Part shown: positions 54,111 through 64,000 of the stretch, piece by piece
Position numbering within the stretch: the stretch's first letter is position 1
Layout of the letters: the number at the start of each line of letters is the position of its first letter
DNA from: an uncultured Methanomicrobiales archaeon
Lineage (GTDB): Archaea; Halobacteriota; Methanomicrobia; Methanomicrobiales; Methanospirillaceae
Assembly (NCBI GenBank): GCA_963697895.1
Contig: OY969100.1
Location: 256,001-320,000 of the forward strand
DNA: 64,000 bases
Direction: 5' to 3'
Position numbers and translations under genes: made by a program
Notes under the pieces: generated by a model
What the model was told of the DNA's origin: nothing
Seen by the model: only the letters and a program-made list of their open reading frames with translations
Databases searched by the model: none

Positions 54111-55124
54111 ATGCATGAAGCGCTCCAGTATACGCAGGGTGAAGATCAGACCGTCCATTGCTCTCTTTGCAGCCATCGATGCATCATAAAGGAAGGGAAA
54201 CACGGCGTCTGCGGCATCCGGGAAAATCGGGGGGGAACCCTGTATGCAACCACCTACGGAAAGGTCAGTTCGGAAGCAGTCGACCCGATCGAGAAGAAAC
54301 CGCTCTTCCACTTTTTGCCCGGTTCCCTCTCCTATTCCCTCGGAAGTGTAGGGTGTAACTTTCACTGCGAGCACTGCCAGAACTGGCAGATCTCGCGGTC
54401 GAAGAGGGAGGTCACCGGGCTCGCCGATATTTCCCCGGAGGAAGGGGTCAGGCGGGCACAAAACCGGGGGTGCGCGAGCATCTCCTGGACATACAATGAA
54501 CCGGTGATCTGGCACGAATATCCCCTCGATATGGGGCGTATCGCACGAACTGCAGGCCTCGGCACGGTTTATGTGACAAACGGGTATATCACCGGGGAGG
54601 CACTGCAGGAGATATCTTCGATGCTCTGTGCATACCGGGTCGACCTCAAAGCGTTCTCGGAGGACTTTTATCGCAAGATCTGCGGCGCCCACCTCCAGCC
54701 GGTGCTCGACTCCGCGATAGTGGCAAAAGAACTCGGGCTCCATATCGAGACGGTTACCCTGGTGATCCCGGGATTGAACGACAGCGACGATGAGATCGAC
54801 GCATTGATCCGGTGGGTGGTCGATTCGCTCGGGCCCGGGACCCCGATGCACTTTACCCGGTTTCATCCGGACTATCAGATGCAGGACCGCCCCCCCACGC
54901 CGATCGCACGACTGGAAGAGATATACCTGCGTGCCCGTAAGCTCGGGGTCAGGTTTCCGTATCTCGGGAATGTCTTCTCACATCCCTATGAGAGTACCTA
55001 CTGCCCCTCATGTGGTGAACTGCTCATAGAACGGGCAGGCTACGTAACCCGGATACGAAACCTCAAAGGGCATCAGTGTGGAAAGTGCGGGGAGCAGATC
55101 GAGATCGTGACCGATGTCCGCTGA
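54111..55124 (+). CDS. amrS: AmmeMemoRadiSam system radical SAM enzyme
   Basis: CSLCSHRC..G.CG.R, DPIEKKPLFHF, GCNFHCEHCQNWQIS, TYNEP, RFHPDY, CPSCG..CGKCG. Confidence 0.92.
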   Translation: MHEALQYTQGEDQTVHCSLCSHRCIIKEGKHGVCGIRENRGGTLYATTYGKVSSEAVDPIEKKPLFHFLPGSLSYSLGSVGCNFHCEHCQNWQISRSKREVTGLADISPEEGVRRAQNRGCASISWTYNEPVIWHEYPLDMGRIARTAGLGTVYVTNGYITGEALQEISSMLCAYRVDLKAFSEDFYRKICGAHLQPVLDSAIVAKELGLHIETVTLVIPGLNDSDDEIDALIRWVVDSLGPGTPMHFTRFHPDYQMQDRPPTPIARLEEIYLRARKLGVRFPYLGNVFSHPYESTYCPSCGELLIERAGYVTRIRNLKGHQCGKCGEQIEIVTDVR

Positions 55125-55608
55125 ACCCGCTGCGAGGCACTCATTCATCGTCGACCGGATGCTCGGCACGCTCTCCCGGTACCTCCGGTTTATGGGATAT
55201 GATACGATCAGTGCGAACATTCTCCGGGAGGGTAACCGGAAAGAGGATACGCTTCTTCTTACCCGTGCCGAGAAAGAAGGACGGATCCTCCTCACCCGGG
55301 ACCGCGAACTCGCCCGGCGGGGGGGGGAACAGGCAGTCCTCATTCATGACGAGCAGGTCATCCCGCAGATCAGACAGCTCGCCCGGCTGGGACTGATCGA
55401 ACCGGAACTCCGGATGAACCGGTGCTCGCTCTGCAATGCGGTGCTCAGGCCGGCACGGCCTGATGAGATCTGCGGCACGTCCTATGCCCCGGCAAAAAAA
55501 GAATCGCTGGAGTTTTTCTGGTGCAAAAACTGCAGGAAGCTCTACTGGATGGGATCCCACGGGAGCAGCTTATCCCGAAGATTAAAAGAAGGGTTGAAGG
55601 AGGAGTAA
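55114..55608 (+). CDS. Mut7-C RNase (PIN-like) domain protein
   Basis: FIVDRMLG..RYLRFMGYD, EGRILLTRD, RCSLCN, CKNCRKLYW.GSH. Confidence 0.9.
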   Translation: MSAEPAARHSFIVDRMLGTLSRYLRFMGYDTISANILREGNRKEDTLLLTRAEKEGRILLTRDRELARRGGEQAVLIHDEQVIPQIRQLARLGLIEPELRMNRCSLCNAVLRPARPDEICGTSYAPAKKESLEFFWCKNCRKLYWMGSHGSSLSRRLKEGLKEE

Positions 55609-55609
55609 C

Positions 55610-56014
55610 TCAGACGGCAGCGGGGGCCATGGTCGCCGTTGCCGGACTCTGGAGACGCTTCCGGATCCAGATTAAATCCTTTCCTTCGAATGCAAAGCTT
55701 CTCATGTACCTGACCATGACTTCGGCCGGTACCATCCCGACTTCCGCTCCCTGCGGGACGACAAGGACACTCGCGATATCGGGGCTTTTCCGCAGACTGT
55801 TGAGTTTATCGATCAGGTTCTTCGTGACTTTTTTATCGAAACTGACGAGGATGTTCACACTGATTGTTTTCCCCTTGAGTCGTTTCCGTGCAACGAATCC
55901 CTGGTCCTTCCCTTTCGCTCCGGTGGGTGAGACCGACCATCCGTCGGTAGAAGGATATGCTCTGATCAGTTCCTTTTTGACGAATTCATGCATGATATCT
56001 TCATTCGAGCCCAT
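55610..56014 (-). CDS. Hypothetical basic protein
   Basis: 134-aa Lys-rich ORF with alternating alpha/beta pattern. Confidence 0.7.
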   Translation of the reverse strand: MGSNEDIMHEFVKKELIRAYPSTDGWSVSPTGAKGKDQGFVARKRLKGKTISVNILVSFDKKVTKNLIDKLNSLRKSPDIASVLVVPQGAEVGMVPAEVMVRYMRSFAFEGKDLIWIRKRLQSPATATMAPAAV

Positions 56015-56263
56015 TGCGATCACTCTGTACCGGATCCATTTAACCCGCAATGGTAAAACTGTTTGGTTCCGGAATTCAACGGGATTATTACGCTGAATTC
56101 TTGGCCTGCGGAGACCATCGGACAATTATTTTGGTGCATCCACTTCATCCATCCCGGGGAACACATTCTTCCCTCCGGGGATCAGGCTTTGCCCACTCCG
56201 GTCAGCTGCAATTTTATCTGGTCAGGCAAACGACGATTACGTGAACAATTCCCGGAACCCACC

Positions 56264-58571
56264 ATGACATCTGAAACCCCCTCTTCCCGGCCCGGCCCGG
56301 ACAAGAGCGCCCGGATCCTGGACCGCCCGTCCCACTTCATCAACCGCGAACTATCCTGGGTCGCATTCAACCGGCATGTCCTCGAGGAAGCGAGGAATCC
56401 GGGGCACCCTCTCCTGGAACGAGTGAAATTTGCGTCGATATTCTCCAATAACCTGGACGAATTCTTTATGATCCGGGTATCGGGCCTGCAACGGCAGGTC
56501 GTTTCGGGTGCACGGGATCTTCCTCCGGATGGTATGACCCCCCGGCAGCAGCTGGATGCCCTTCACCAGGCGCTTACCCCGATGCTTGCTGAACTCGGCA
56601 CATGCTGGAAGGACGAACTGGTACCGGAGACTCGCAAAGGCCGGCATCCGGATCCATCCCGGGGATCTGCTTTCCCCGGGTGAAAAAGAATCGCTCCGCA
56701 TTTATTTCATTCGCGAGATTTTTCCGGTTCTCACCCCCCTTGCTTTCGATGCATCCCATCCGTTTCCCTTCATCTCCAACCTCTCCCTCAATCTTGCGAT
56801 CCTGCTCCGGGATCCATCGGCGAAGAAGACGGAATCTTTTGCGCGTCTCAAGATCCCGGTCGGGCTGTTCCCCCGGGTCGTGGCGGTTCCCGGCCGCCTC
56901 ACCGAACCGGACGGAACGGTCCATTTGATCTTCATCGAAGATCTCATCGAGGCACATCTCGATCTTCTCTTCCCGGGGTTCTCGGTGATTGAATCATACC
57001 CGTTCAGGATTACCCGGGATGCGGATCTGGAGATTACAGAGGACGAAGCGCACGACCTGCTCACCGCGGTGGAAGAACGGGTGGAGATGCGGCGGGGAGG
57101 ATCGCCCTGCCGGATCGAGGTGCGGAGCGATATGCCGGAACGGATCCTTCTGATGCTCGGTAAGAACCTGGGCATTCCTCCCGCGCTCTTCTTCCGGGTC
57201 CCGCCTCCCATCGGTATGGCGGACCTGATGGAGATCCATGCGCTGGACCGGCCTGACCTGAAGGATACACCATTCGTACCCTTCGTGGAGCAGGAGTTAT
57301 CCCCGGAGAAAGGGTTCTTTCCGGCGATCAGGCAACGGGACCGGTTCCTCTACCACCCGTATGACAGTTTCTCTCCGCTTGTGTCATTCCTCGTCTCTGC
57401 TTCCCGGGACCCGGATGTGCTCGCCATCAAGATCACGCTCTACCGTGTCGGTCCCGATTCTCCCGTCGTGGCAGCCCTGATGGACGCACGGATGCAGGGA
57501 AAGGATGTGACCGCGCTGATCGAGCTGAAGGCGCGGTTCGACGAGGAGAACAATATCGGGTGGGCCCGTGCGCTCGAGCATGCGGGGGTCCACGTCGTGT
57601 ACGGCCTTCCGGGCCTGAAGGTTCATGCCAAGGTCTGCATGGTTGTCCGGAGAGAGAAGGATGGTCTGATCCGGTACCTGCATCTCGGTACCGGGAATTA
57701 TAACGCAGCCTCAAGCCGGGTCTACACCGATATCGGTATTTTCACCACGGATCCGGATATCGGGAACGATGTCGCCGACCTCTTCAATTCGTTGACCGGG
57801 TGTTCGCGGGTCTGCCAGTACCGGAAGCTTCTGGTCGCGCCCGTCTCCATCAGGGCAGGGATCCTTGACCGGATAGATCGCGAGATTGCGCGGCACCGGG
57901 CGAACGGAGACGGGTATCTCATGTTCAAGATGAACGCACTCGTGGATCGGGAGTGTATCCTGGCATTGTACCGCGCTTCCCGGGCCGGTGTACGGATAGA
58001 CCTGCAGGTGCGGGGGATCTGCTGCCTGCGTCCCGGTATCCCGGGTCTATCCGATACCATCAACGTCACCACCATCGTCGGAAGATTCCTTGAGCATGGA
58101 CGCATCTACTACTTCCACAACGGCGGCACGCCGGATATCTTTCTCGGGAGTGCCGACCTGATGCCCCGGAACCTCGACCGGAGGGTCGAGGTGCTCTTTC
58201 CCGTGGAGGATCCGGAGATCCGCTCTGCGTTGAACCGGACGATCATCCCGGTCCAGCTGGCAGATACGGTAAAATCCCGAACTCTCCTCTCCGATGGGAC
58301 ATACCGGCCCGTAACGCCTCCTGAAGGAGAAGCCCCCTTCTCTGCGCAGGACTGGTTTATCGCGAATCGTGGCTCCTGGCACCGGCCGATGGGTTCAGCG
58401 GTTCACGCAGGAATAAGGTCGCCATACCCATCCCCGGATGATGCCGGTAAAGATTCGGGCAATGTACGTTCCCCGGATGCACAGGGTGGGGAAATTTGCT
58501 CCGGAATGGACCTCCCGTGCCCGACCGATCGGCATCGGAACGATCAGAATCTGGATCACCAGGATGAATGA
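56264..58571 (+). CDS. ppk1: Polyphosphate kinase 1 (+1 indel near 56626; C-terminal tail uncertain)
   Basis: FINRELSW, NLDEFFMIRV, HPFPFIS, YHPYDSF, ELKARFDEENNI, LKVHAK, GRFLEHGR, SADLMPRNLDRRVE. Confidence 0.93.
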
Positions 58572-58755
58572 AGGCATCACGGGGGCGATCAAGTGGGATC
58601 TCAGGGTTCGCCCGGACTTGTCTCCCGATGTCCTGGCGATCGGGTGGGGGACCAATCGGGACTGATCGCGGATTTCGCCCGAATGAAACAAGTATTTAGG
58701 GTTGCGCATCCAGATCTTCGTATAAAGCCGGTTATTGCCGGCCGGACGCCGCTAT

Positions 58756-59232
58756 ATGATCGTGATCGGGATAGATCCCGGGCTTGCGAGGGTGGGGTAC
58801 GGGGTTCTCGAACAGGAGGGAGACCGGATCATCACCCTCGGGTATGACTGTATCCGAACATCGGGAGCTGCTGCAGAAAGACCGGAACGCCTCCAGGTGA
58901 TCTATGACCGGCTGAATGCTCTCTTCGATACGCACCGGCCGTCCTGGGTCGCGGTGGAGCGCCTGTTCTTCTCAAAAAATGTCACGTCTGCCATGCAGGT
59001 AAGCGAGGTGAGGGGAGTAATACTCCTCGCCGCCCGGCAGAAGAACGTACCGGTCGCAGAATATACGCCGAACGAGGTGAAGCAGGCGATCACCGGATCC
59101 GGGCGGGCAGACAAACGGCAGATGCAGGAGATGATTCAACGGCTTCTCTCGCTCCCCTCGATTCCCCGTCCGGACGATGCCGCCGACGGCCTCTCGATCG
59201 CCCTCTGCCACATCCACATGATGAGATCCTGA
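58756..59232 (+). CDS. ruvC: Holliday junction resolvase RuvC
   Basis: IGIDPG, VAVE..F, YTPNEVK.AITG.GRADK, PDDAADGL. Confidence 0.95.
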   Translation: MIVIGIDPGLARVGYGVLEQEGDRIITLGYDCIRTSGAAAERPERLQVIYDRLNALFDTHRPSWVAVERLFFSKNVTSAMQVSEVRGVILLAARQKNVPVAEYTPNEVKQAITGSGRADKRQMQEMIQRLLSLPSIPRPDDAADGLSIALCHIHMMRS

Positions 59233-59234
59233 CC

Positions 59235-59828
59235 ATGATTGCACAATTGCGGGGAGTTATCTCCCATATCGGGGAAGGGGCGGTGATCATCGATGTCGGG
59301 GGGATCGGCTACGAAGTTTCCGTCCCTTCACCCGTGATCCGCGAACTATCCACGGTGAAGGAGAAGGTGACCCTCCATACGCACCTTGCGGTGCGGGAGG
59401 ACGCACTCACCCTCTACGGGTTTCTCCATTCCGGCGAGCTGGCCATGTTCCGCCTGCTCATCGGCGTGAACCGTGTGGGGCCGCAGCTCGCCCTGAATAT
59501 CATCTCCGTTCTCCCGGTCGATGAACTGGCCGCAGCGATCCTTCACGAGGATGAGATGGTCCTCACGAGGTGCCCGGGTATCGGGCCAAAAAATGCAAAA
59601 CGACTGATCCTTGAACTCAAGGATCGGATGAAAAAAATAAACGCGGGGACCGGCCCGAGAGAAGACCGGTCCAGGCAACCCGTAGACGATGCCATCAGTG
59701 CGCTGGTCTCCCTGGGATTTACACCCGTGGAATCCCGCTCTGCTGTCCAGGCCGCTGCAGCAGAGCATGCGGAGGCGGACGTCCAGGCACTGATCAAGGC
59801 AGCACTCGTGCGGATGAAAGGATTGTGA
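59235..59828 (+). CDS. ruvA: Holliday junction binding protein RuvA
   Basis: [45 protein letters not shown]. Confidence 0.95.
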   Translation: MIAQLRGVISHIGEGAVIIDVGGIGYEVSVPSPVIRELSTVKEKVTLHTHLAVREDALTLYGFLHSGELAMFRLLIGVNRVGPQLALNIISVLPVDELAAAILHEDEMVLTRCPGIGPKNAKRLILELKDRMKKINAGTGPREDRSRQPVDDAISALVSLGFTPVESRSAVQAAAAEHAEADVQALIKAALVRMKGL

Positions 59829-59835
59829 TTGCCGT

Positions 59836-60831
59836 ATGGAGGAGCGTATCATCTCAAAGACCCTCTGCCCGGATGAACAGGAGGACGCGACGATCCGACC
59901 ACTCCGGCTGGCGGAATTCACCGGGCAGTCCCCGGTGAAGGAGACGCTCTCGATCGCTATCGAGGCGGCAAAGACCCGGGGGATGCCCCTCGACCATATC
60001 CTCTTCTCGGGACCGCCGGGTCTCGGGAAAACCACGCTCGCCCATATCATCGCTCATGAGATGGGGTCGCTTATCAGGGCCACCAGTGGCCCGGTGCTGG
60101 AGCGTCCGGGGGATCTCGCGGCGATCCTTACCCTTCTCAAACGGGGCGATATCCTGTTTATCGACGAGATCCATCGGCTCAACACCGTGATCGAGGAGAT
60201 CCTCTATCCGGCGATGGAGGATTTTTCGATCGACATCCTGATCGGGGAGGGCCCGAGTGCACGGTCGATAAAGCTCACGATCGAACCGTTCACCCTTGTC
60301 GGGGCGACAACGAGGATCGGTCTTCTCGGCTCGCCGTTCCGTGACCGGTTCGGTATCATCGCGCGGCTGAACCTCTATTCTCCCGAGGATCTGGCGGCTA
60401 TCATCATCCGGAGCGCTTCCATTATGCAAATAACCATTACGGATGACGGAGCGGGAGAGATCGCCCGGCGGAGCCGAGGTACACCACGGATTGCGAACCG
60501 GCTCCTCCGGCGGGTGAGTGACTACGCGCTGGTCAGAGGAGACGGGTGCGTCGATCGGGATCTTGCCGATCGCGCACTGACCCTTCTCGGTATCGACCCG
60601 CTCGGGCTCGATGACCTGGACAGGAGGATACTTGCGGTGATAGCCGAAGACTTCAGTGGCGGCCCGGTAGGACTGAAGACGATCGCCATCTCGGTCGGAG
60701 AGGATGTGCGGACGATCGAGGATGTGTACGAGCCTTATCTCATCCAGCTTGGCCTTCTCAAGCGGACCCCGCAGGGAAGGGTAACCACTCCTGCGGTGAA
60801 ACGGCACCTGGACGACCATTCCTGGTGGTGA
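59836..60831 (+). CDS. ruvB: Holliday junction helicase RuvB
   Basis: [50 protein letters not shown]. Confidence 0.97.
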   Translation: MEERIISKTLCPDEQEDATIRPLRLAEFTGQSPVKETLSIAIEAAKTRGMPLDHILFSGPPGLGKTTLAHIIAHEMGSLIRATSGPVLERPGDLAAILTLLKRGDILFIDEIHRLNTVIEEILYPAMEDFSIDILIGEGPSARSIKLTIEPFTLVGATTRIGLLGSPFRDRFGIIARLNLYSPEDLAAIIIRSASIMQITITDDGAGEIARRSRGTPRIANRLLRRVSDYALVRGDGCVDRDLADRALTLLGIDPLGLDDLDRRILAVIAEDFSGGPVGLKTIAISVGEDVRTIEDVYEPYLIQLGLLKRTPQGRVTTPAVKRHLDDHSWW

Positions 60832-60934
60832 GGGTGTACCCGAAGATCCTGCTATGGAGGCCGACAGATACCCGTTCCTCACGGCGGGGACGTAAACCCG
60901 CAAAGGCAGGAACCGGGTTGCCATATTCTTTTTT

Positions 60935-61432
60935 TCAGGGATTCAGGACGTAAATGGAATAGTTCAGCGCGGTTGCGATACTCACCCAGGCAATGTACGG
61001 TACAAGCAGGATCGCTGCAGGACGGGAGATCCGGAAGAACCAGACGATCGTGGCGAGGATGGCAATCCAGAGGGCCACGATACCTATCAGGCCGTACAGC
61101 GGCGACCGGAGGCCGAAGAAGAGGTATGACCAGAGGATATTGAGCACGAGCTGGATGCCGAAGACAGCCGTCCCAATCTGTACATCGCGTCGTTCCCAAT
61201 CCTCGCGCAGGACGAGGAAGAGGGAAATGCCCATCAGGATGTACAGAATTGTCCATACCGGCCCGAAGACCCAGGAGGGCGGCGTAAACCAGGGTTTGTT
61301 CAGATCTGCATACCATGTGGGGATATGGGGTGTCGTAAAGAATGAGCCGATCACCCCGGCCGCCAGGCAGATTGCAACGGTGATGATGAGGAGTACGGCC
61401 GGATGTATCGATGAACGTCGCATGATGCGCAT
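60935..61432 (-). CDS. tspO: TspO/MBR family membrane protein
   Basis: WYADLNKPWFTPP..F.PVW..LY, LNILWS.LFFG, PYIAW. Confidence 0.93.
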   Translation of the reverse strand: MRIMRRSSIHPAVLLIITVAICLAAGVIGSFFTTPHIPTWYADLNKPWFTPPSWVFGPVWTILYILMGISLFLVLREDWERRDVQIGTAVFGIQLVLNILWSYLFFGLRSPLYGLIGIVALWIAILATIVWFFRISRPAAILLVPYIAWVSIATALNYSIYVLNP

Positions 61433-61481
61433 GCCTCAGGTCACCATTCAGTGCAGGGAGGATAAAGATTCCGCCCAATAA

Positions 61482-61498
61482 TTTGGTATAATACCAAA
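61482..61498. promoter_or_regulatory. Perfect palindromic operator upstream of the DtxR-family gene
   Basis: TTTGGTAT-A-ATACCAAA, 33 bp before the regulator ATG. Confidence 0.7.
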
Positions 61499-61531
61499 AA
61501 ATTATCAGCATCATTTCCCTATACTTACCCG

Positions 61532-61969
61532 ATGGATACATTCGACGGGCTTGAACTCTCCCGGAAAAAGGCTGAATATCTGAAGTATATCGCCGCGATG
61601 GGCGGCAACGTCAAAACAACGGATATATCGACCCGGTTTGATGTGGACCCGTCAACGATCACCAAGGCTGTCGGCGAGATGGTCGGTTCCGGACTCATTG
61701 CACACGTCCCCTACGGGGGAATTCACCTCACTGACACAGGGATTGCATATGCAGAGTTCCTTATGAGAAGACACCGGATCCTCGGCCTTATGCTCCGACA
61801 TTACGGTTTTTCTGAAGAAGAAGCATGTGCAGAGGCTTCCCGGTTCGAGAGCCTCGTTTCCCGGGATGTGGTCGACCGGATATGCCGGTCGATGGGGCAT
61901 CCGATAACGGGCATCTGCGGGGAGATAACCCATGGTTCCTGCACGCGGAAAGAGGACGTGCATTCATGA
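61532..61969 (+). CDS. DtxR/MntR-family metal-dependent regulator
   Basis: EYLKYI, DPSTIT, PYGGIHLT, RRHRIL, EASRFE, MGHP. Confidence 0.9.
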   Translation: MDTFDGLELSRKKAEYLKYIAAMGGNVKTTDISTRFDVDPSTITKAVGEMVGSGLIAHVPYGGIHLTDTGIAYAEFLMRRHRILGLMLRHYGFSEEEACAEASRFESLVSRDVVDRICRSMGHPITGICGEITHGSCTRKEDVHS

Positions 61970-62955
61970 CGGTAAAAAAGTTTACCCCTTACCAACTATT
62001 TTGTCGCGAGAACGGGAACCCGGGGAATGGGTGCAGAACGGGCGGAAACAGGAGACGCCCCGGGGTGATTGCAGGAGCCGCGATACTGATGATCGTGGCG
62101 ATCGGGTTTCTGGTTTCTGCCGGATGTACGGGAGAGGTATCGCAGCCCGCACCCGGGCTGATCCCGGTAACGGTAACAGTTCTGCCGCAGGCGGAGCTCG
62201 TGAAGGCAGTGGGGGGAGATCGGGTGGCGGTCACCGTTCTCGTCCCGCCGGGCGCAGATCCGCATACGTACGAGCCGACTGCCGGCCAGATGGTAGCCCT
62301 CTCGGAGTCGCGTATCTATTTCAGGCTGGGTGAGGGTCTCCTTCCGTTCGAGGACAGGTTCGTATCCGGACTCCGGAACGTGAACAGGAACATGACCGTC
62401 GTTGACACCTCCACCGGCATCGAATTCATCCAGGAAGAGGGAGATTCCGATCATCCGGGAGGGTACGGGAAGGATCCTCATGTATGGCTCTCGGTCAGGA
62501 ACGCAGAGATCATGGTATCGCATATCAGCGACGCCCTTTCGGATGCGGACCCGGAGCACGCGGCAGAATATTCACGAAACCGGGATGCGTATCTTGTCCG
62601 GTTAAAGGTTCTGGACGGGGAGATCACCCGGCAGCTCAGCGGGCTGGAACCACGGGAGTTCCTGACGGTCCACGATGCCTGGGGGTATTTTGCCCGAGAT
62701 TATAACCTGACCCAGATCGCGATCAATGCCAATGACAAGGAACCGAGTGCGCAGGCAATCCAGGAGATCATTTCCCGGGCACGTGAGGACAGGATTAAAA
62801 CGGTCTTTATCGAGCCGGAGTTCTCCCCGCGGAGCGCAGATGTGATCGCGCAGGCGATCGGGGGGAGGGTTGTCCGGATTGACCCCCTCGCATCCGACTA
62901 CTATGACAATATGGCGCGTATCGCGCGGGCTTTTGCCGAGAGTCAAAGCCCATGA
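61966..62955 (+). CDS. Zn/Mn ABC substrate-binding lipoprotein (ZnuA/TroA family)
   Basis: Lipobox SAGC; ADPHTYEPT, DPHVWLS, HDAWGYF, IDPL. Confidence 0.92.
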   Translation: MTVKKFTPYQLFCRENGNPGNGCRTGGNRRRPGVIAGAAILMIVAIGFLVSAGCTGEVSQPAPGLIPVTVTVLPQAELVKAVGGDRVAVTVLVPPGADPHTYEPTAGQMVALSESRIYFRLGEGLLPFEDRFVSGLRNVNRNMTVVDTSTGIEFIQEEGDSDHPGGYGKDPHVWLSVRNAEIMVSHISDALSDADPEHAAEYSRNRDAYLVRLKVLDGEITRQLSGLEPREFLTVHDAWGYFARDYNLTQIAINANDKEPSAQAIQEIISRAREDRIKTVFIEPEFSPRSADVIAQAIGGRVVRIDPLASDYYDNMARIARAFAESQSP

Positions 62956-63725
62956 GTACTCCGGCCATCGCCCTTCAAGACATCTGGGTCCGCAGACAGG
63001 AGCAGGATATCCTCACCGGCGTCAGTCTTTCGATCCGGGATGGGGATTTCTATGCCCTCATCGGGCCCAACGGAGGAGGCAAGACCACCCTCCTCAAGGT
63101 GATCCTCGGGCTAATTCATCCGGACCGCGGGACTGTCAGTATCTACGGGCGCCCGCCTTCGGAGATGCGGGAGATCATCGGGTATGTGCCGCAGTTCCGG
63201 ACGTTCGACTTCGGATATCCGATCAGCGTGAAAGAGATGGTATTGTCCGGCCGGATCGGGCATATCCCCGGTCTCCTCAGACGATACGGTCCGGAGGATG
63301 TCGCGCAGGCTGAGGCAGCGCTCGATACCCTCGGCATCAGCGGGCTTGCCGGCCGCGAGATCGGCCGGCTCTCCGGCGGTGAGCAGCAACGGGTGATGAT
63401 CGCCCGGGCACTCGTCGGGAAACCCCGGATCCTCCTCCTTGACGAACCGACGGTCTATGTCGATGCCCCGACCGAGCTCCAGTTCTTCGAGATCGTGGAC
63501 CGTCTCCGGGGTTCGATGACGGTGGTGCTGGTGACCCACGATATCGGTGTCCTCGCCGGGCACGTGACCCGGGTAGGGTGCCTGAACCGCCGTCTCTATA
63601 CCCATGACACCGACCAGATCACCGAAGATATGCTCGCAGAGGCGTATGGCTGCCCCGTCGAACTGATCGCGCACGGGATACCGCACCGGGTCCTCGCGAA
63701 GCATACCCGGGAGGAGCAGACGTGA
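62952..63725 (+). CDS. Zn/Mn ABC ATP-binding protein (ZnuC-like)
   Basis: GPNGGGKTT, IGYVPQ, LSGGEQQR, LLDEPT, VTHD, CLN. Confidence 0.93.
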   Translation: MSTPAIALQDIWVRRQEQDILTGVSLSIRDGDFYALIGPNGGGKTTLLKVILGLIHPDRGTVSIYGRPPSEMREIIGYVPQFRTFDFGYPISVKEMVLSGRIGHIPGLLRRYGPEDVAQAEAALDTLGISGLAGREIGRLSGGEQQRVMIARALVGKPRILLLDEPTVYVDAPTELQFFEIVDRLRGSMTVVLVTHDIGVLAGHVTRVGCLNRRLYTHDTDQITEDMLAEAYGCPVELIAHGIPHRVLAKHTREEQT

Positions 63726-63922
63726 TCACTATCCCCTCACCGAAGAACCGGGGAGAAACAGATACGATCGGGACGTACCCTGCAGGAGCGGACGTGATCA
63801 TTTTCCCCAAACGAAGAATACCTGAAGGAACAGACGAGATCAGGATCTCTTCAAAGCAGTACCCGGAACGAGGGGGTATGACCGGGATCCCTTCTGAGAA
63901 TTACCGGGAGGATCGGAAATGA
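63722..63922 (+). CDS. Repeat-derived 66-aa linker ORF (five decayed ~42-bp copies of the ATPase/permease junction)
   Basis: GTGA overlap with the ATPase stop and ATGA overlap with the permease start; unit anchors at 63722, 63764, 63794, 63836, 63878, 63919. Confidence 0.55.
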   Translation: MITIPSPKNRGETDTIGTYPAGADVIIFPKRRIPEGTDEIRISSKQYPERGGMTGIPSENYREDRK

Positions 63923-64000
63923 TCGGGATCCTCGGGTACACCTTCTTCCAGAACGCCCTGATTGCCGGCGTCCTTGCGAGCATCGCCTGCGGCATAATCG
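63919..64000 (+). CDS. Zn/Mn ABC permease (ZnuB-like), truncated by the window end
   Basis: MIGILGYTFFQNALIAGVLASIACGII; ggagg RBS. Confidence 0.85.
   Translation, partial: MIGILGYTFFQNALIAGVLASIACGII

Noticed and set aside
58390-58680. Repeat-derived C-terminal tail of ppk1
   Set aside because: Only ccccggatg recurs; I could not establish a period by eye.

Overview
Core-genome window of a methanogenic euryarchaeon, most likely Methanomicrobiales (Methanoregulaceae-like). The evidence is the gene set: F420-dependent fdhAB, mfnD/mfnF, fae-hps, TBP, TFS, archaeosortase A, Hef, an intron-containing tRNA-Trp, and bacterial-type gyrBA, ruvCAB and ppk1. It holds about 60 CDS, 3 intact tRNAs (Trp-CCA with a box C/D intron, Ala-GGC, Pro-TGG) and 2 decayed tRNA-Ala copies. 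I found no CRISPR array, integrase or intact transposase. Single-base indels break several genes, most densely fdhAB, and look like consensus-sequence errors. The strongest unexplained signal is a set of at least eight unrelated intergenic tandem-repeat tracts (units about 39-93 bp). Five of them start at a gene's own last codons or stop codon, and one has created a translationally coupled 66-aa ORF inside a Zn/Mn ABC operon. Other leads: a cdc6-less origin-like region (ORB-like motifs plus an 85% AT element) upstream of gyrBA, a secreted beta-propeller/clan GH-A glycosidase beside a tandem C2-like protein, a transposase-like Zn-ribbon/HTH gene divergent from fdhA, a hairpin-rich tract after fdhB, and clear NikR- and DtxR-type operators. 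All family calls come from motif recognition, not database searches.
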